The position numbers and the translations under genes are program-made. The notes under the pieces are model-generated. The model was not told where the DNA came from, did no database searches, and saw only the letters and a list, made by a program, of their open reading frames with translations. From Balanoglossus misakiensis (Eukaryota; Animalia; Hemichordata), in contig CM082586.2 of NCBI GenBank assembly GCA_040954595.2, positions 124,001-188,000 on the forward strand: a stretch of 64,000 nt of DNA, given 5' to 3'. This document shows, one piece after another, positions 53,001-64,000 of this stretch; within the stretch, counting starts at the first letter, position 1; every line of letters begins with the position of its first letter.

Positions 53001-54897
53001 GGAGCAGACTGGAGGGGGACTGGAGCAGATTGGAGGGGGACTGGAGCAGGGGGATTGGAGCAGACTCGAGGGGGATTGGAGCAGACTGGAGGGGGACTGG
53101 AGCAGACTGGAGGGGGACTGGAGCAGACTGGAGGGGGACTGGAGCAGCATTGGAGGGCATTGGAGGACCATTGGAGGGGGATTGGAGGGCATTGGGGGCA
53201 TTGGAGGGGATTGGAGGCCATTGGAGGGCCATTGGAGGGGATTGGAGGGGGATTGGAGGGGATTGGAGGGCCATTGGAGGCCATTGGAGGGGATTGGAGG
53301 GCCATTGGAGGGGGATTGGAGGCCTTTGGAGGCCATTGGAGGGCCATTGGAGGGCATTGGGGGGCATTGGAGGGGATTGGAGCGAACAACTAATGCAGTC
53401 CTACACCCTGCCTCATTAAATATGCACATATCTATGTCAAGGCGAACCAATAGGGCTAGTAGTGTCTCGAAACCCGCTTATTGCTGTTCACAGCTATATT
53501 TTGAAGTGAGTTATTATCTGTTTCTGAGATGCAGGAGATTTGATCTGACATTTACACTGCTCCATGGCAAATATACACAATCTGTCAATAATATTACAAG
53601 ATGAATACTACTGATGAAGAAAAAATTTCTGAAACATGACAGAATGTTATCATTCTGAACACAAGACAAATTTGCTTTTGGCCAATCTACATCACTGAAA
53701 TAAATCAGTTTTACATAAAAATAATAGATATTTGCTGCAAGTATTTTCTATCAATCAAAGACATATCAGTGATTAGAAAACCCCTTGCAGTGTTCATGAA
53801 AGATATAAACCATATCTTACCTGTCTGGCCATAAGCAAAGATACAGGCATTATACCCCTCAAAGGCATTTTCTAAGATATCTTTACCAATGCAGTCAAAA
53901 ACTTGGGCTTGTCCTGGAAACATAACATTACAGAACAGATTAGTACAGATGTTGCAATTTTAAAAATGTAGTTCACAAATTTATGCTCTCCCTCTCCTCC
54001 CTCTCTCTCTCGCTCTCTCTCTCTCTGTCTCTCCCCCCCCCCCCTCTCAATTGATCAACATCAACCATTTTAGTTGTTGGTAAGATCTTGCCAGACAAAG
54101 TAAGAGCTGTTTATATGAACCTACATGTAATCTCCCAATTTTCCAGTATATGCTCAATATCTCTCAAAACTATTCTCACCTGCATGATTTTTCTTCTTTG
54201 ATTCGTCAACTGACCAAAAACAATGATCAAAGGCAAATGTCTGAAAGAAGAAATGAACACATTAGATAATGTTTTCCCAAAAGTACTTTCTCGTATAAAG
54301 GCATTCAAGGATTTTTCCAGAGAACATACACAATCGATGTCACTATTAAACTTGATATTTACTGGGCCGCACACCCATTTCCTTGTCACATAAATAATTC
54401 AAATCAATTTTCTGAAATATTGTGCCTCAGACTGAATTTTATATATAGCATGCCATGCATTACATTTGTAGGCTAGCCAAGATAAAACAAATCATTGTTC
54501 ATTGTTTACCAATTTTACAGCTCAGCAACAAACAACCTACAAATTTGAATGTCCAAAACTAAATTCTACTCATTACTGTTTAGCCAGTGCATCCTACCTT
54601 AATGTTATTCAGAGTTATAACATCATTACACAAATGACATTTTGTCATCATCTTGTTTTTATAAGAAATTTTCTCCTTGATATTGTCATTTTGAGCTAAA
54701 TTTGCCACTAATGATAGGAAAATGGCCAACATTAATTTCATATTCCAGTGTTTTGATGTGTTGTTATGATGCATTACCAGTAATGGGTTCAAGACTCACA
54801 AATTAGTTTAACTATAAGGGACAGTTCATGTCATAAGAAAGGAGGGGACTTATCATATCAAATTTTAATTGTACGACTACTCACCTTGGGCGACTTT
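29009..54897 (-). CDS. KIF13B: Kinesin-3 family motor KIF13 (KIF13A/B, Khc-73 type, with CAP-Gly); 5' partial, ~2065 aa in window
   Basis: Exons 54897-54885, 54240-54180, 53913-53821, 52212-52032, 51240-51153, 50996-50862, 48568-48456, 47784-47676, 47422-47270, 47123-47064, 46976-46866, 46623-46489, 46323-46184, 45944-45829, 45620-45531, 45337-44940, 44690-44544, 44251-44105, 43898-43740, 43561-43394, 43241-43084, 42978-42846, 42577-42334, 42099-41917, 41457-41333, 41194-40979, 40562-40509, 40222-39992, 39851-39795, 39249-39181 (tentative), 37874-37461, 31044-29646, 29307-29009; phases consistent. Motifs: P-loop [74 protein letters not shown] ([19 protein letters not shown]...[18 protein letters not shown]), KIF13 stalk [16 protein letters not shown] and [13 protein letters not shown]-Gly [15 protein letters not shown]. 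Confidence 0.95.
32849..36935 (-). mobile_element. Composite tandem of a non-autonomous Helentron/DINE-like element (X | Y-U12-Z | Y-U-Z-X)
   Basis: ~480-bp block X at 32849-33324 repeated at 36469-36933; block Y at ~33319-33390 and ~36098-36170; block Z at ~35850-36056 and ~36293-36495. GGTCCCAT...ATGGGACC short inverted repeats, an internal (GTAT/GTCT/GGAT)n microsatellite and a T-rich terminus (TTTTTAGGTCCC on -). Classification is inferred from architecture. Confidence 0.7.
33391..35849. repeat. 213-bp tandem satellite, 11 full copies plus 1 partial
   Basis: Unit starts (TGTATAGCTCTCAAATC) at 33391, 33601, 33814, 34027, 34240, 34453, 34666, 34879, 35092, 35305, 35518, 35731; near-identical copies. 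Confidence 0.97.
40804..40920 (+). mobile_element. Miniature non-autonomous Helentron/HINE-like element (~115 bp)
   Basis: Subterminal inverted repeats GGGTTTCGAGAC (40810-40821) and GTCTCGAAACCC (40883-40894), then hairpin GCTG-TTCA-CAGC and TATATT. 40859-40920 is identical to 53440-53501. Confidence 0.65.
44817..44913. repeat. (CATT)n/(CACT)n microsatellite
   Basis: Directly visible, intronic. Confidence 0.85.
46420..46478. repeat. (CAGA)n/(CA)n microsatellite
   Basis: Directly visible next to the splice donor at 46488. Confidence 0.8.
50696..50747. repeat. (CAAA)n(TAAA)n microsatellite
   Basis: Directly visible, intronic. Confidence 0.8.
52357..53383. repeat. G-rich minisatellite: 10-11-mer (TTGGAGGGCA/TTGGAGGGGA/TTGGAGGACCA) flanks around a 21-mer (CTGGAGCAGACTGGAGGGGGA)n core
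   Basis: Directly visible; the 21-mer core spans ~52789-53146; lies in KIF13 intron 52213-53820. Confidence 0.95.
53384..53501 (+). mobile_element. 3' end of the same element family as 40804-40920
   Basis: ATATGCACATATCTAT...AGGCGAACCAATAGGGCTAGTAGTGTCTCGAAACCCGCTTATTGCTGTTCACAGCTATATTT is shared with the 40.8-kb copy. Confidence 0.7.
53986..54047. repeat. (CT)n plus poly-C microsatellite
   Basis: Directly visible. Confidence 0.85.
54885..54897 (-). CDS. KIF13B: 13-nt KIF13 microexon (x-KSPK)
   Basis: Minus strand acag|AAAGTCGCCCAAG|gtgagt; it ends in phase 0 and joins the next exon [10 protein letters not shown]. Confidence 0.8.
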
Positions 54898-57800
54898 CTG
54901 TTTCAGCACAAAATACACATCAACATGGAAAGAAAAAGAAGAAATATTTTATTTCACAAATTAACACTTGCAGCTTGACTCAATCATGGAATATTTTGCT
55001 GGGAAATATATTCTGTGCAGATGTTTGAGTATATGACTGAGCTATCTTTGGTCAAATATTTATATGTACCATTTAGATGTCCATGTCTATTTCAATTTAT
55101 GACACAAAAGTAAACCCAACTTTATGTGTGTTTGTCCTGCAGCAATGATGGAATCGTAACTAGTTTTTCCATCATTGATAGTCCGAACAGATAATTCATC
55201 TTATGACAGGTTTTATCTTTCCTGTGGTGTACACGCGCAGTTTCCTGTCATTGTACTTTGCAGATCTGTATTTTGCCTCAGTCTATTCGCAGGAGTAACC
55301 ATGCATACTGAAATTCCCCCCTTTTTAGTATCATTCTGACTACCGGTACTTGACATGCCTTAGGGGCATAATAACATATGTAATCACAGGTACTGTAATG
55401 TATTCTGGGTAAAAAGTTAACTACTGAAATTGCAATGGACAAAGTTCCACCGACTATCTGCACCGATCATTTGCTCTAGAAAGATTGGAGATACTGCAGG
55501 TATGGAGAAGCTTCCAACTCTTTTCAGTTCTCCTCTGCTTTTATTTTTGAAAGTTTCCAAGAAATATTTGATAGAAGAAGTCTCTATGTAAATGCATACA
55601 TTATTGACAAGCATATGCTGATACTACTTGTCACCTCAGCATGTCAGTCAATGAATAAACTGCAACATCTAAACCCATGGGAAATATGCAGTGATGGAGA
55701 AAAAATCAGTTAGACCTAAACCAGTGAAAGCCATAATCCCTTGTGATTAATGTATCATGCATGTCTCAACAGAACCGAAATAGCAAAAAAAAGCCTCTAG
55801 TTTTAAATTACAAATTCACCGCTTCAATATCTTCAAGCACCGTATCAATCATGGAATATTTTGCTGGGAAATATATTCCCGTTACTCAAGAAAAAGTTTT
55901 CCCCGGGTCAGTGATAGAAATTTTTAGTTGAGACAGAAGAAAAAGGAAATTGCAGTTTTTATTCAATCTGAGTTTCAGATTACCGCCGTGGGATATGCCT
56001 AGCATTTGACCTTATTGGCAAAGGTCAGCTAATACACTGTTTCATCGGGATCAAATGTACAGATAGCTTTTACAACAAGGTACCATAGACAGTACCGGTA
56101 GTGCTGGTTCATTGGTGCAGACGACAAAATGTGAAAATACCTAGTATGCCAAACCCATCTTCCCATGATACCTGAATCCAACACCGTTTCCCAGTGGAAA
56201 CGTTTCTTTAAATTAGCAATCTTCTGACAATTACCACACATTTTTCGTTCAATTTCTCAGCCAATACAGTTAAACTCAGTCATGTTTGATTTCTCAAAGG
56301 AACAAAGTCATGATGATCTATCAAATCTGAGTGAAATTGCTACTTTCTGGTAAGATTTTGCAGGGCAGAGAATAAGCAGAAAATGTGACCATGAAAAAAA
56401 CGGTGCATTCTGGTTTCAAATTCATCGTGCTGTTGGTCTCGTCCTCATTATTATGTCACAACATTCAAAGCAGATTACAATAACCATGATATGCAATCAT
56501 GAATAGATTTATCAAAGACAAAGCATTATTAATGCCGCTATTCTCTCATGCTTTGTCTGAGATCCGTATAAATATTAATTGCAGAGTTGAACTTTCAATT
56601 AGTAAATTCACAGAAGTGATGTTAGCCTCTGTAAAATTCCAAAACCCCCACTCCTATGTTTGCTTTCGGGCTACACCACATTCAAGACATGGAAGCATTT
56701 GTTCTTGTGACAGTTCCCACAAAACTTGTCCACGAGTTCGTCTATTATCAACTTTATATACACTGCTGCTGTCTGTCACATGTCCAGTAACTGATTGGTG
56801 AACGGTGTGGACAATACATTTAGCACATAATCGATACACCACAGGCAGTTGTTTGAACCACATATGTAGTAAACCTTTACAGTTTGCCAACGAACGATAT
56901 ACATACTAAATTGACAAAACCATCAATCTCCTTGCCGAGATTCTGATTGTTCTCAGAAAAACCTTGCTGTCTCTCGACAACTTTCATTACACATTCACTG
57001 CGCCTGCTGTGTGTATCTTAGATAATCTTTTTTTGTAGTTGCTCGGTTTTGAAATCAATGTCTACAAATGTACATTTGTATATTCATACAGTACATTTGA
57101 AGTTTGCAACTAATGGCCATAACTGTCATCCACACAAATCAACGACAGAATGAGAAGCTCCACAGGCAGGAAGGAAGTTTCTCTCGAGGCAGATATGTTG
57201 TAGATGTGTTGTCAAAAGTGTATGCATTATACTTAGTTTCCCAGTTCTGTGGTGAAACTGTGATATGACCAAAACTACTATTGACCTGTTCTTACATCCA
57301 ATCAACTGACTACACCGGGAATTTTTGCTTTAATTTGGACATGAAAGGCTAGACCATCGTTCTGCAAAGTGCAATAACAAGGAGATATTTTCCACAATGT
57401 GTCACCTAATCTCGATGTCTTCCCCAGGAGAATAGGAATTGATACACAGTTATCAGGATGGACTGAATTCCGTTCAGTTATTTCCTCTTAATGTAATCTA
57501 CGCAGTATCCGCTTAGAAATTTTGAGTCTCAATCAAATTTCAACACTGAAGTACATCCCAGCACCAACATAATTGTGTATTCTCGACCAGATATATCAAC
57601 AGATAGTGAATGGGTCGACAAACGGCTGAAATAATTTAACACAAATACTGAATCAAATTCAATCTATTTCAAATACATTTTACAATAATAAATTTTCATA
57701 TATCTGTGCTTTTACCGGTACATGTATGTTATCACATGAACATTTGAACATTTAATTATTTCTATTTGGATAAACAAATTACTTGCTTTTACTTCAATTT

Positions 57801-59711
57801 GGGTATGTTCTATTACTTTTATCTTTGAGCAGTTGTTATTTATCACCATGACAACAGCTTGTGATATGCTTGTGTTTTATTGTATTGCTGATAAAAATTT
57901 TGATGAAAACTTTGTACGCAATTTGTGTGGCTATAAGAAACACAAACTGGAATTGTGTGGCTCATGTAAAAAGAAGTTTTTGACGGAATTAGGTCAGAAG
58001 ACCTTAACACATTTTGATTCGAATTCAGTCGTAACCATAGTGACAGAAATTTAATCAGCTGTAGTCTATCTGCTGAGTCCTCATGGGAAACATGGAGGAT
58101 AAAATTGTATTAAAAAGAGAAAATTCATCACATAACAATTTAATTTTCAGTGAAATTAACACAAACATCAATTGATACAGAGGACAACAAATTCCACTGG
58201 GTACCCTTCATCGGCACTCAATAAATCATTTGCTGTCACTCAAAGACCATGTGATCAGTCTTTTAAAGGTCGTGTGAAAGTCTTTTACAAGAAACCATTC
58301 GTTCATCAGATTATGTGATATGTTAGTGACCATGTGACTGGACAGTTTTTCTTTGTATTTTTTGTGCTCTCAATAACAACCACCCATTTCATAATTATTA
58401 AAAGAGAAAATGGATTTGTGGTAAGATGTCTTGCTTATCTTTCCCCATGATAGCCCTAAAGCAAGATGTATGCTGCATATGGTGAAAAGATCTTCACTGA
58501 TTACTGTCTCTGGCACAATCAAACACATCCAGCAAAACTGGATAAAACTTATTTTTAGCATACCATGGGAAATTGTGCAAATCTCTGTAAATTGCCAGAT
58601 GACAGGTATTGATTGTAGCAGCCTCATTGCAGGATGTTACACATTGGTTGTTGCATTTCTTAGAATTCACTTGAGACCATCTCTTTTCATCATATACAGT
58701 TTACACATAGTGCCTGCTTTGATTTCCATCGTAGGTTTTGACCTCTGCAAGGCAGGTCTACCAAGAGTCCTTCAAACTAATTTTCCGTTGACAAGATAAA
58801 AGGTATTTGGAGACAGTCTGGGACCAGTGTAAAATCCACTCAAAATCATCCTTTAGCATTCATAGGTTACCATGGAAAACACAAATTTGCGTCAAAACTT
58901 GTACTGAGTGATGAACAGTGATGAAGTATTGCTCTTGTCAACAGCAAACAAGTTCACAACATCTCAGATGCTGGCTGTCAACTCAGAGCTTCTTTCATTT
59001 GAAAGAATTCTGTCTTTGAAGATAACGTGAAAGAATCATTACCCCATACTTTACTGAGGTATATGTTCATTCCACAAATGGCTTTACGTAGAAAATTTCA
59101 GATAACACCACCACTTCCAAATGGAAGAGGAGTCGTTTCATTTTACAAATGGGTTTTTCTGAAAGCTGTTTATATGATTGAAGCTCTAGAAATCCGCATT
59201 TGCTTCGCAGTTTGCATCACGAATTATAGAGTGGTCTTATATTATCAGCACTTCATCCATGATGGAAATAAATAGTTTGTGGTCCGATCTGATTAAACAA
59301 GATTTCTGTTTGCTATCTGCTGAATAAAAAGATAATCCTAGCAGTATATGCGATGAATTCTGTTTCACTTTCAGTAGAAGCCGCAACGTACTGAAGGAGT
59401 GGTAACTGACTCAGAGTATTGACTGAAGAATTGTTATTTCAAGCAAGCTGTAGAAAGATTATCTTTTCTCATCAGTGGCTATGAAAAAGCTTTCCTCTCT
59501 AGAATGGCAATTCCTAGTTCCCATCTTGAGGCTACTTCTGGTGTAACTGTCAGATTGCTAACAAGTTCGGATACAAAAGATGAATGAGTTTGATGTACGG
59601 CAGAGGATGTTGTTGCTCAGGGTGCTTACAGAGAGAGAGAGAACTTTGCTGTGAAGGTTTGACATCACACAGTCAAGTCAGCACTCCACTTGTACATCAT
59701 GTATGTACGGG

Positions 59712-59716
<5 letters not shown>

Positions 59717-59770
<54 letters not shown>

Positions 59771-59778
59771 GTGTGTGT
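59717..59778. repeat. (TG)n microsatellite (~30 units)
   Basis: Directly visible. Confidence 0.95.
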
Positions 59779-62700
59779 ATTTATGTGTACAGAGTATGTG
59801 TAATGTATGACATGGTTGGCATACACACGGTAACAAGTAGGAATTTTGTGAAATGGTGGGATTCTCATCTATGTAGTTTTACGTAAAACAAAAAGGTCAT
59901 CAAAAATTTTAATAATCAAAATCTGATCAAGGTGAAAACTTTGTAAAATTACAACGTAAAGACAGAGCAAACTGTAACAAGTTTAACATTACCTTTACGC
60001 TGTCTATTATACAAGCAGGTAGTACAAGGTGAACCTGTGTTGGGTAATTAGCAAGTATTATTGATTTTCTGTAGGCTAAATGTAATTTGGTTTCAAGATG
60101 GCACGTTTCACTTAGTGTCGCCAATTCCATTATTCCGCGGAAATGGAGGCCACAGTTCAAGAGGTAAGACCAATTTCGTTGAATGAAGGGCACAAGTTCA
60201 GAAAATATTCAATAAAATTAAGCTGAAACTTAATTTGCCATTTCTAAACCTGTGTTTTGCATGTTGACTGACTAGAGGACTATATAGCCAAGTCCTTCCT
60301 GCATTGAATCCTACCGACACTCTTTCATCTTTGATGGTTGTGATGAAAATACAGAATAGATCATCGACTGTTCCAGAGTTTCACCTCAAAATGATAAACT
60401 CAGACCAACAAAATGCCAGGATGTCAGGGGTTATAAAAGTGGCTAGTGTCATAAGTTGTTGTTTTGTGTAAAAATCTGCAACCATTACTGAAATAATCAA
60501 CAGTAATGGAACATCTTCACTCATGTTTCGATGATTCTTGAAGAAATCTGTTGACTGTCACCACACTCTGTCTGACAATTACCGCCGACACAATCTACAA
60601 ATTACTTTCATTGCAATCAGTAGTTGATAAAAGGGAGATAATGGAAATGATGACAGTTTGGCTACGCATTACAGTGACAACTGATATATTGATGCTAATG
60701 ACACACTGAAACATAATGTCTTCATAGACGGCTGGCCAAAGTTTTCTGAATGGAAAGCAGTTGTGTAGTCAACGAAGAAGTCAGTTTTTGGATAATGCAA
60801 TCAATCACAAGCAAGAAATTCATTACATTTATTACAATGACATCATATACATGTACACATTTCCACTTGCATGTGTCACACAATATTTTGCAACACTTGT
60901 GGAACACATTATTTAGTCATATGATGTCTCAATTAAGCAAAACATCGTGCAGAATAGTACTATCGCAATTTAGAGTTTCAAAAAATAGAAATGAATGTTC
61001 AAACATCAACTTTTCGGATAATTCCTTTTTTTTATGGTTGTCTGTATCATTTAAGCAGACAAAACCATACTATGTCATTGTTACCATAGCAGCAAGATAA
61101 AGCCTTATGATATTGTCGAAATGACAAGACAAAGCAATATGACCAACTCCAATTTCATTCCATCAAGCCGAGTGATACATTCCATTAACTGTTATCAGAC
61201 AAAATAGTTCTGAGGGCAATGTAATATGACCCCTAAAGAATGGTTAACTTTCTTCCATTTGACCCTTAATGACCTCTTTTCGCCATGTACATGTTCATAC
61301 AACATTAATATCATGTCTACAAGGTACAATTCCTTGAATGAAATCTTCACTGCCTTGCAACTACTAGGACAATCACATCTAAATTTGCCATGACAGTCAA
61401 TAATTTAGATTTTTTTAAACATCTGTATGCACATAGCTTGGACAATTGTATTTTTGAGGTGCACAGTACAGTAAGAACCAGAATGCCATGCTGATCCAGC
61501 CCACGGTCCCTCACGAAAAATGGTTCTCTCCTTCCAACGCTGCCAAATATGGAAATAATTGGCTCTCGTATTTCATCTGGGTTGATAATCATTTCTCATT
61601 AAATATCAAACAAATTGATTGGGAGAGTTTATTGATTGAAGCATCAAAGATGACAAGCTGTCAACTTGACAATGATTTGATGTGAGTAGTGTCCATATGG
61701 GTGGTCTAATCATTCTCACATATTGCAGTAAAATTAGGAGTCAATTCTCTAACAACCCAAATTGTAACATGGACAATATATCTACCACCATCATCAAAAA
61801 CTGGCCAAGATTAGAACTGTCATTTATCATGGTTAAATTAAAGGTCACTTTCATTAAAGCAGAATGGCAACTGAATTTGTCTCTAATCTGCTTTCCAGTT
61901 CTATTACCAGATTTACAGGCTTTGAATAATCCGTCACCGGCGCTGCAGTTTCCGCAAAATCTGTCACTGCTAAAATTGTCTTCCTGTATCGCTGAGGTCA
62001 CTCTATTGAACAGAAAACTGTTTAACACTATTTCAACACAAATTATCAGAGAAGAACACCACCCCATCCATCATGGTTAGAATGAAGGTTACTTTATCCG
62101 GGCGATAATAGCAGCTGCATGCAGATCCTTTCACGTTAGAGACGTTCAGCTCTGCAGTTTGATCTCTTACCACTGTTAAATAGAGAACTACAGGAAAATT
62201 CAAAACAGCCTTGAATATAGAAATGCAAGAGAACATTACAAAGAGTTTTAAGAAGCAGTACCATGAATGTAAATATTGCTCACGTTGAAAGGTTCAGGTC
62301 ATGCGAGTGTGAATAGAGATGTCACTTTGAGTTAGTAACTAGTTTAGGTTGCTAGGCTCTACTTGTTGTAGGAAGTAGCATATTTGAAGTGCAATGTAGT
62401 TGTAACACCTCTATACTTTTTGACTTGCTTCCTTGAGGTGAAATATTTCAGCTACTTTTCCATTTCATTTCCTCCTTCTGAATTGAAACGATCAACTCAA
62501 AGAAGAGGGCACTTCACAGCTGTCAGCTGCTTCGTAAAAATGACAGCACTAAATGTTAATATTTGGCAAATACTTGAAAATTGATTGGCATTTTGACCGC
62601 ATTATTTCTTTTCTTTAAAGATAATGTCTATGGACTTTGTTGACAACAAAGCCTAGCCAGTAAACTTTTCCTTTGGTTAAGCAATGGTCTTGGATAACGA

Positions 62701-64000
62701 ATTAAAATGGATGGAAAGGCAGAAATATGGAAATCAACATTGCTACATTATCAACAAATATCAGCACAGGTGCAATTCAATGATGAGAATTGTTTGGTTC
62801 ATGCACTACCAGTTTTCAATGATGAGAATTTGAACTGTACTGTTAACTATCTTTGAATGTCTAAGATAATGATTGGCTTTGGATCAAAACCATTTTCTAT
62901 TTGCTTCTTCACATTTGGTCATTGTGAAAATCATGTGTTGATTGCAGGTAACAAGGAAGACGGATCTACATTAAAACCTTACACTCACTGCGGTAAACCA
63001 CTGGACTCTTTCAAAAGTAGCAGCTCGATGCATTGCCCATTATACAGCGGAAATAGCGGCAAAGCATGTGAGAATATGTATACAGTCTTGGAGGATTCTG
63101 AAAAACACTCCACTGAGAATAACCATCGAGTATCTGTGCGTCACTTATAGACAGCCATTAGGCACATCTGTTGGATCATCAGTCATGATGTTGCCACAGT
63201 TACAAGCGATGTTGCCATGGTTGCAATACAATATTGTGTCAAAGATGGCAGGCATCTGTACGTTTAGTTGGTACTTCACGTTGGAACTCAGATTCCTAAA
63301 TGTCCCTAAGAAATGCATTTGGCACTTGTGCATTGGGTTAATAAGCCACGCTTTTCTTAAGAAGTCAGCGTCATTTTTGATGTGCACGTGATTGGAATAA
63401 TAATGGAGTCACGCCTAATTGCTTCGCAACTACAAGATTTCCAAAATGATCAAAAGATCAGCATACATCTTTGTACTATGTGTTTTACAACATGCACATG
63501 AATCAAAGAAACATTGCTACATATCTCACATGCTGTCATACTACATATAGTATATAAACAGGGTTACACACCCCTGCAGAGTATTCTGTATAAATGATCT
63601 GATAAAAAATCTGATATAAAAAACTAATCATACTGAAACAATCACTGGTAAGAAAAAAACACACATAACTTGATGTCAAAATATTTTATTTGTATTTCAA
63701 TTCCTCCTTGTCTATAGACTTAAAATTACTCGATCTCAGTAAGTCTTGTGGGAGTTAAATACCACGAAAATTAATGATTGCATTCTGAGGAACTGATTCT
63801 TTTCAGTCATTGACAGTGCAAAGTACTCCAATAAATATTCAGCAATTAAGATAAAAGTTCACAGTACTGTCGTCCAATTTCCTTGTCTCTGTATGTTGTA
63901 AAAGACTTTTGGTGAACCAACTACTCCATGTGACCTTAGCTGTTGACAAGACCTGACGAGAATCTCATTATTATTTTTGTAAAACCTTTAAATAAATTGA

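Noticed and set aside
52243-53604. Long Gly/Pro-rich ORFs of 240-346 aa on both strands
   Set aside because: Translation artefacts of a stop-poor minisatellite inside a KIF13 intron.
54898-64000. KIF13 exons 1-2 or other genes in the last 9 kb
   Set aside because: No VKVAVRVRP or exon-2 sequence found; an MNQTIL-like stretch near 62790 is preceded by an in-frame stop. The short ORFs look non-coding, so the region is treated as intron.

Overview
Animal genomic DNA, AT-rich with GT-AG introns; a marine invertebrate deuterostome is my guess from gene and repeat style. From left to right: (1) the last exon of an SLCO/OATP organic anion transporter; (2) a 10.8-kb higher-order tandem array (1069-11834) of 9 short (~340 bp) and 9 long (~855 bp) related units; (3) a complete 9-coding-exon SLCO4-like gene on + (702 aa), with an antisense single-exon 278-aa coiled-coil ORF nested in one intron; (4) a convergent SLCO4-like paralog on - (700 aa) that has lost a pair of extracellular cysteines; (5) most of a kinesin-3 KIF13 gene on - (about 33 coding exons, including a 13-nt microexon and a C-terminal CAP-Gly domain; the first exons lie outside the window). 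KIF13 introns hold a composite Helentron/DINE-like element with a 213-bp satellite, a miniature related-type element and a G-rich minisatellite. Exon boundaries were read by hand and the phases sum consistently; no database searches were run.
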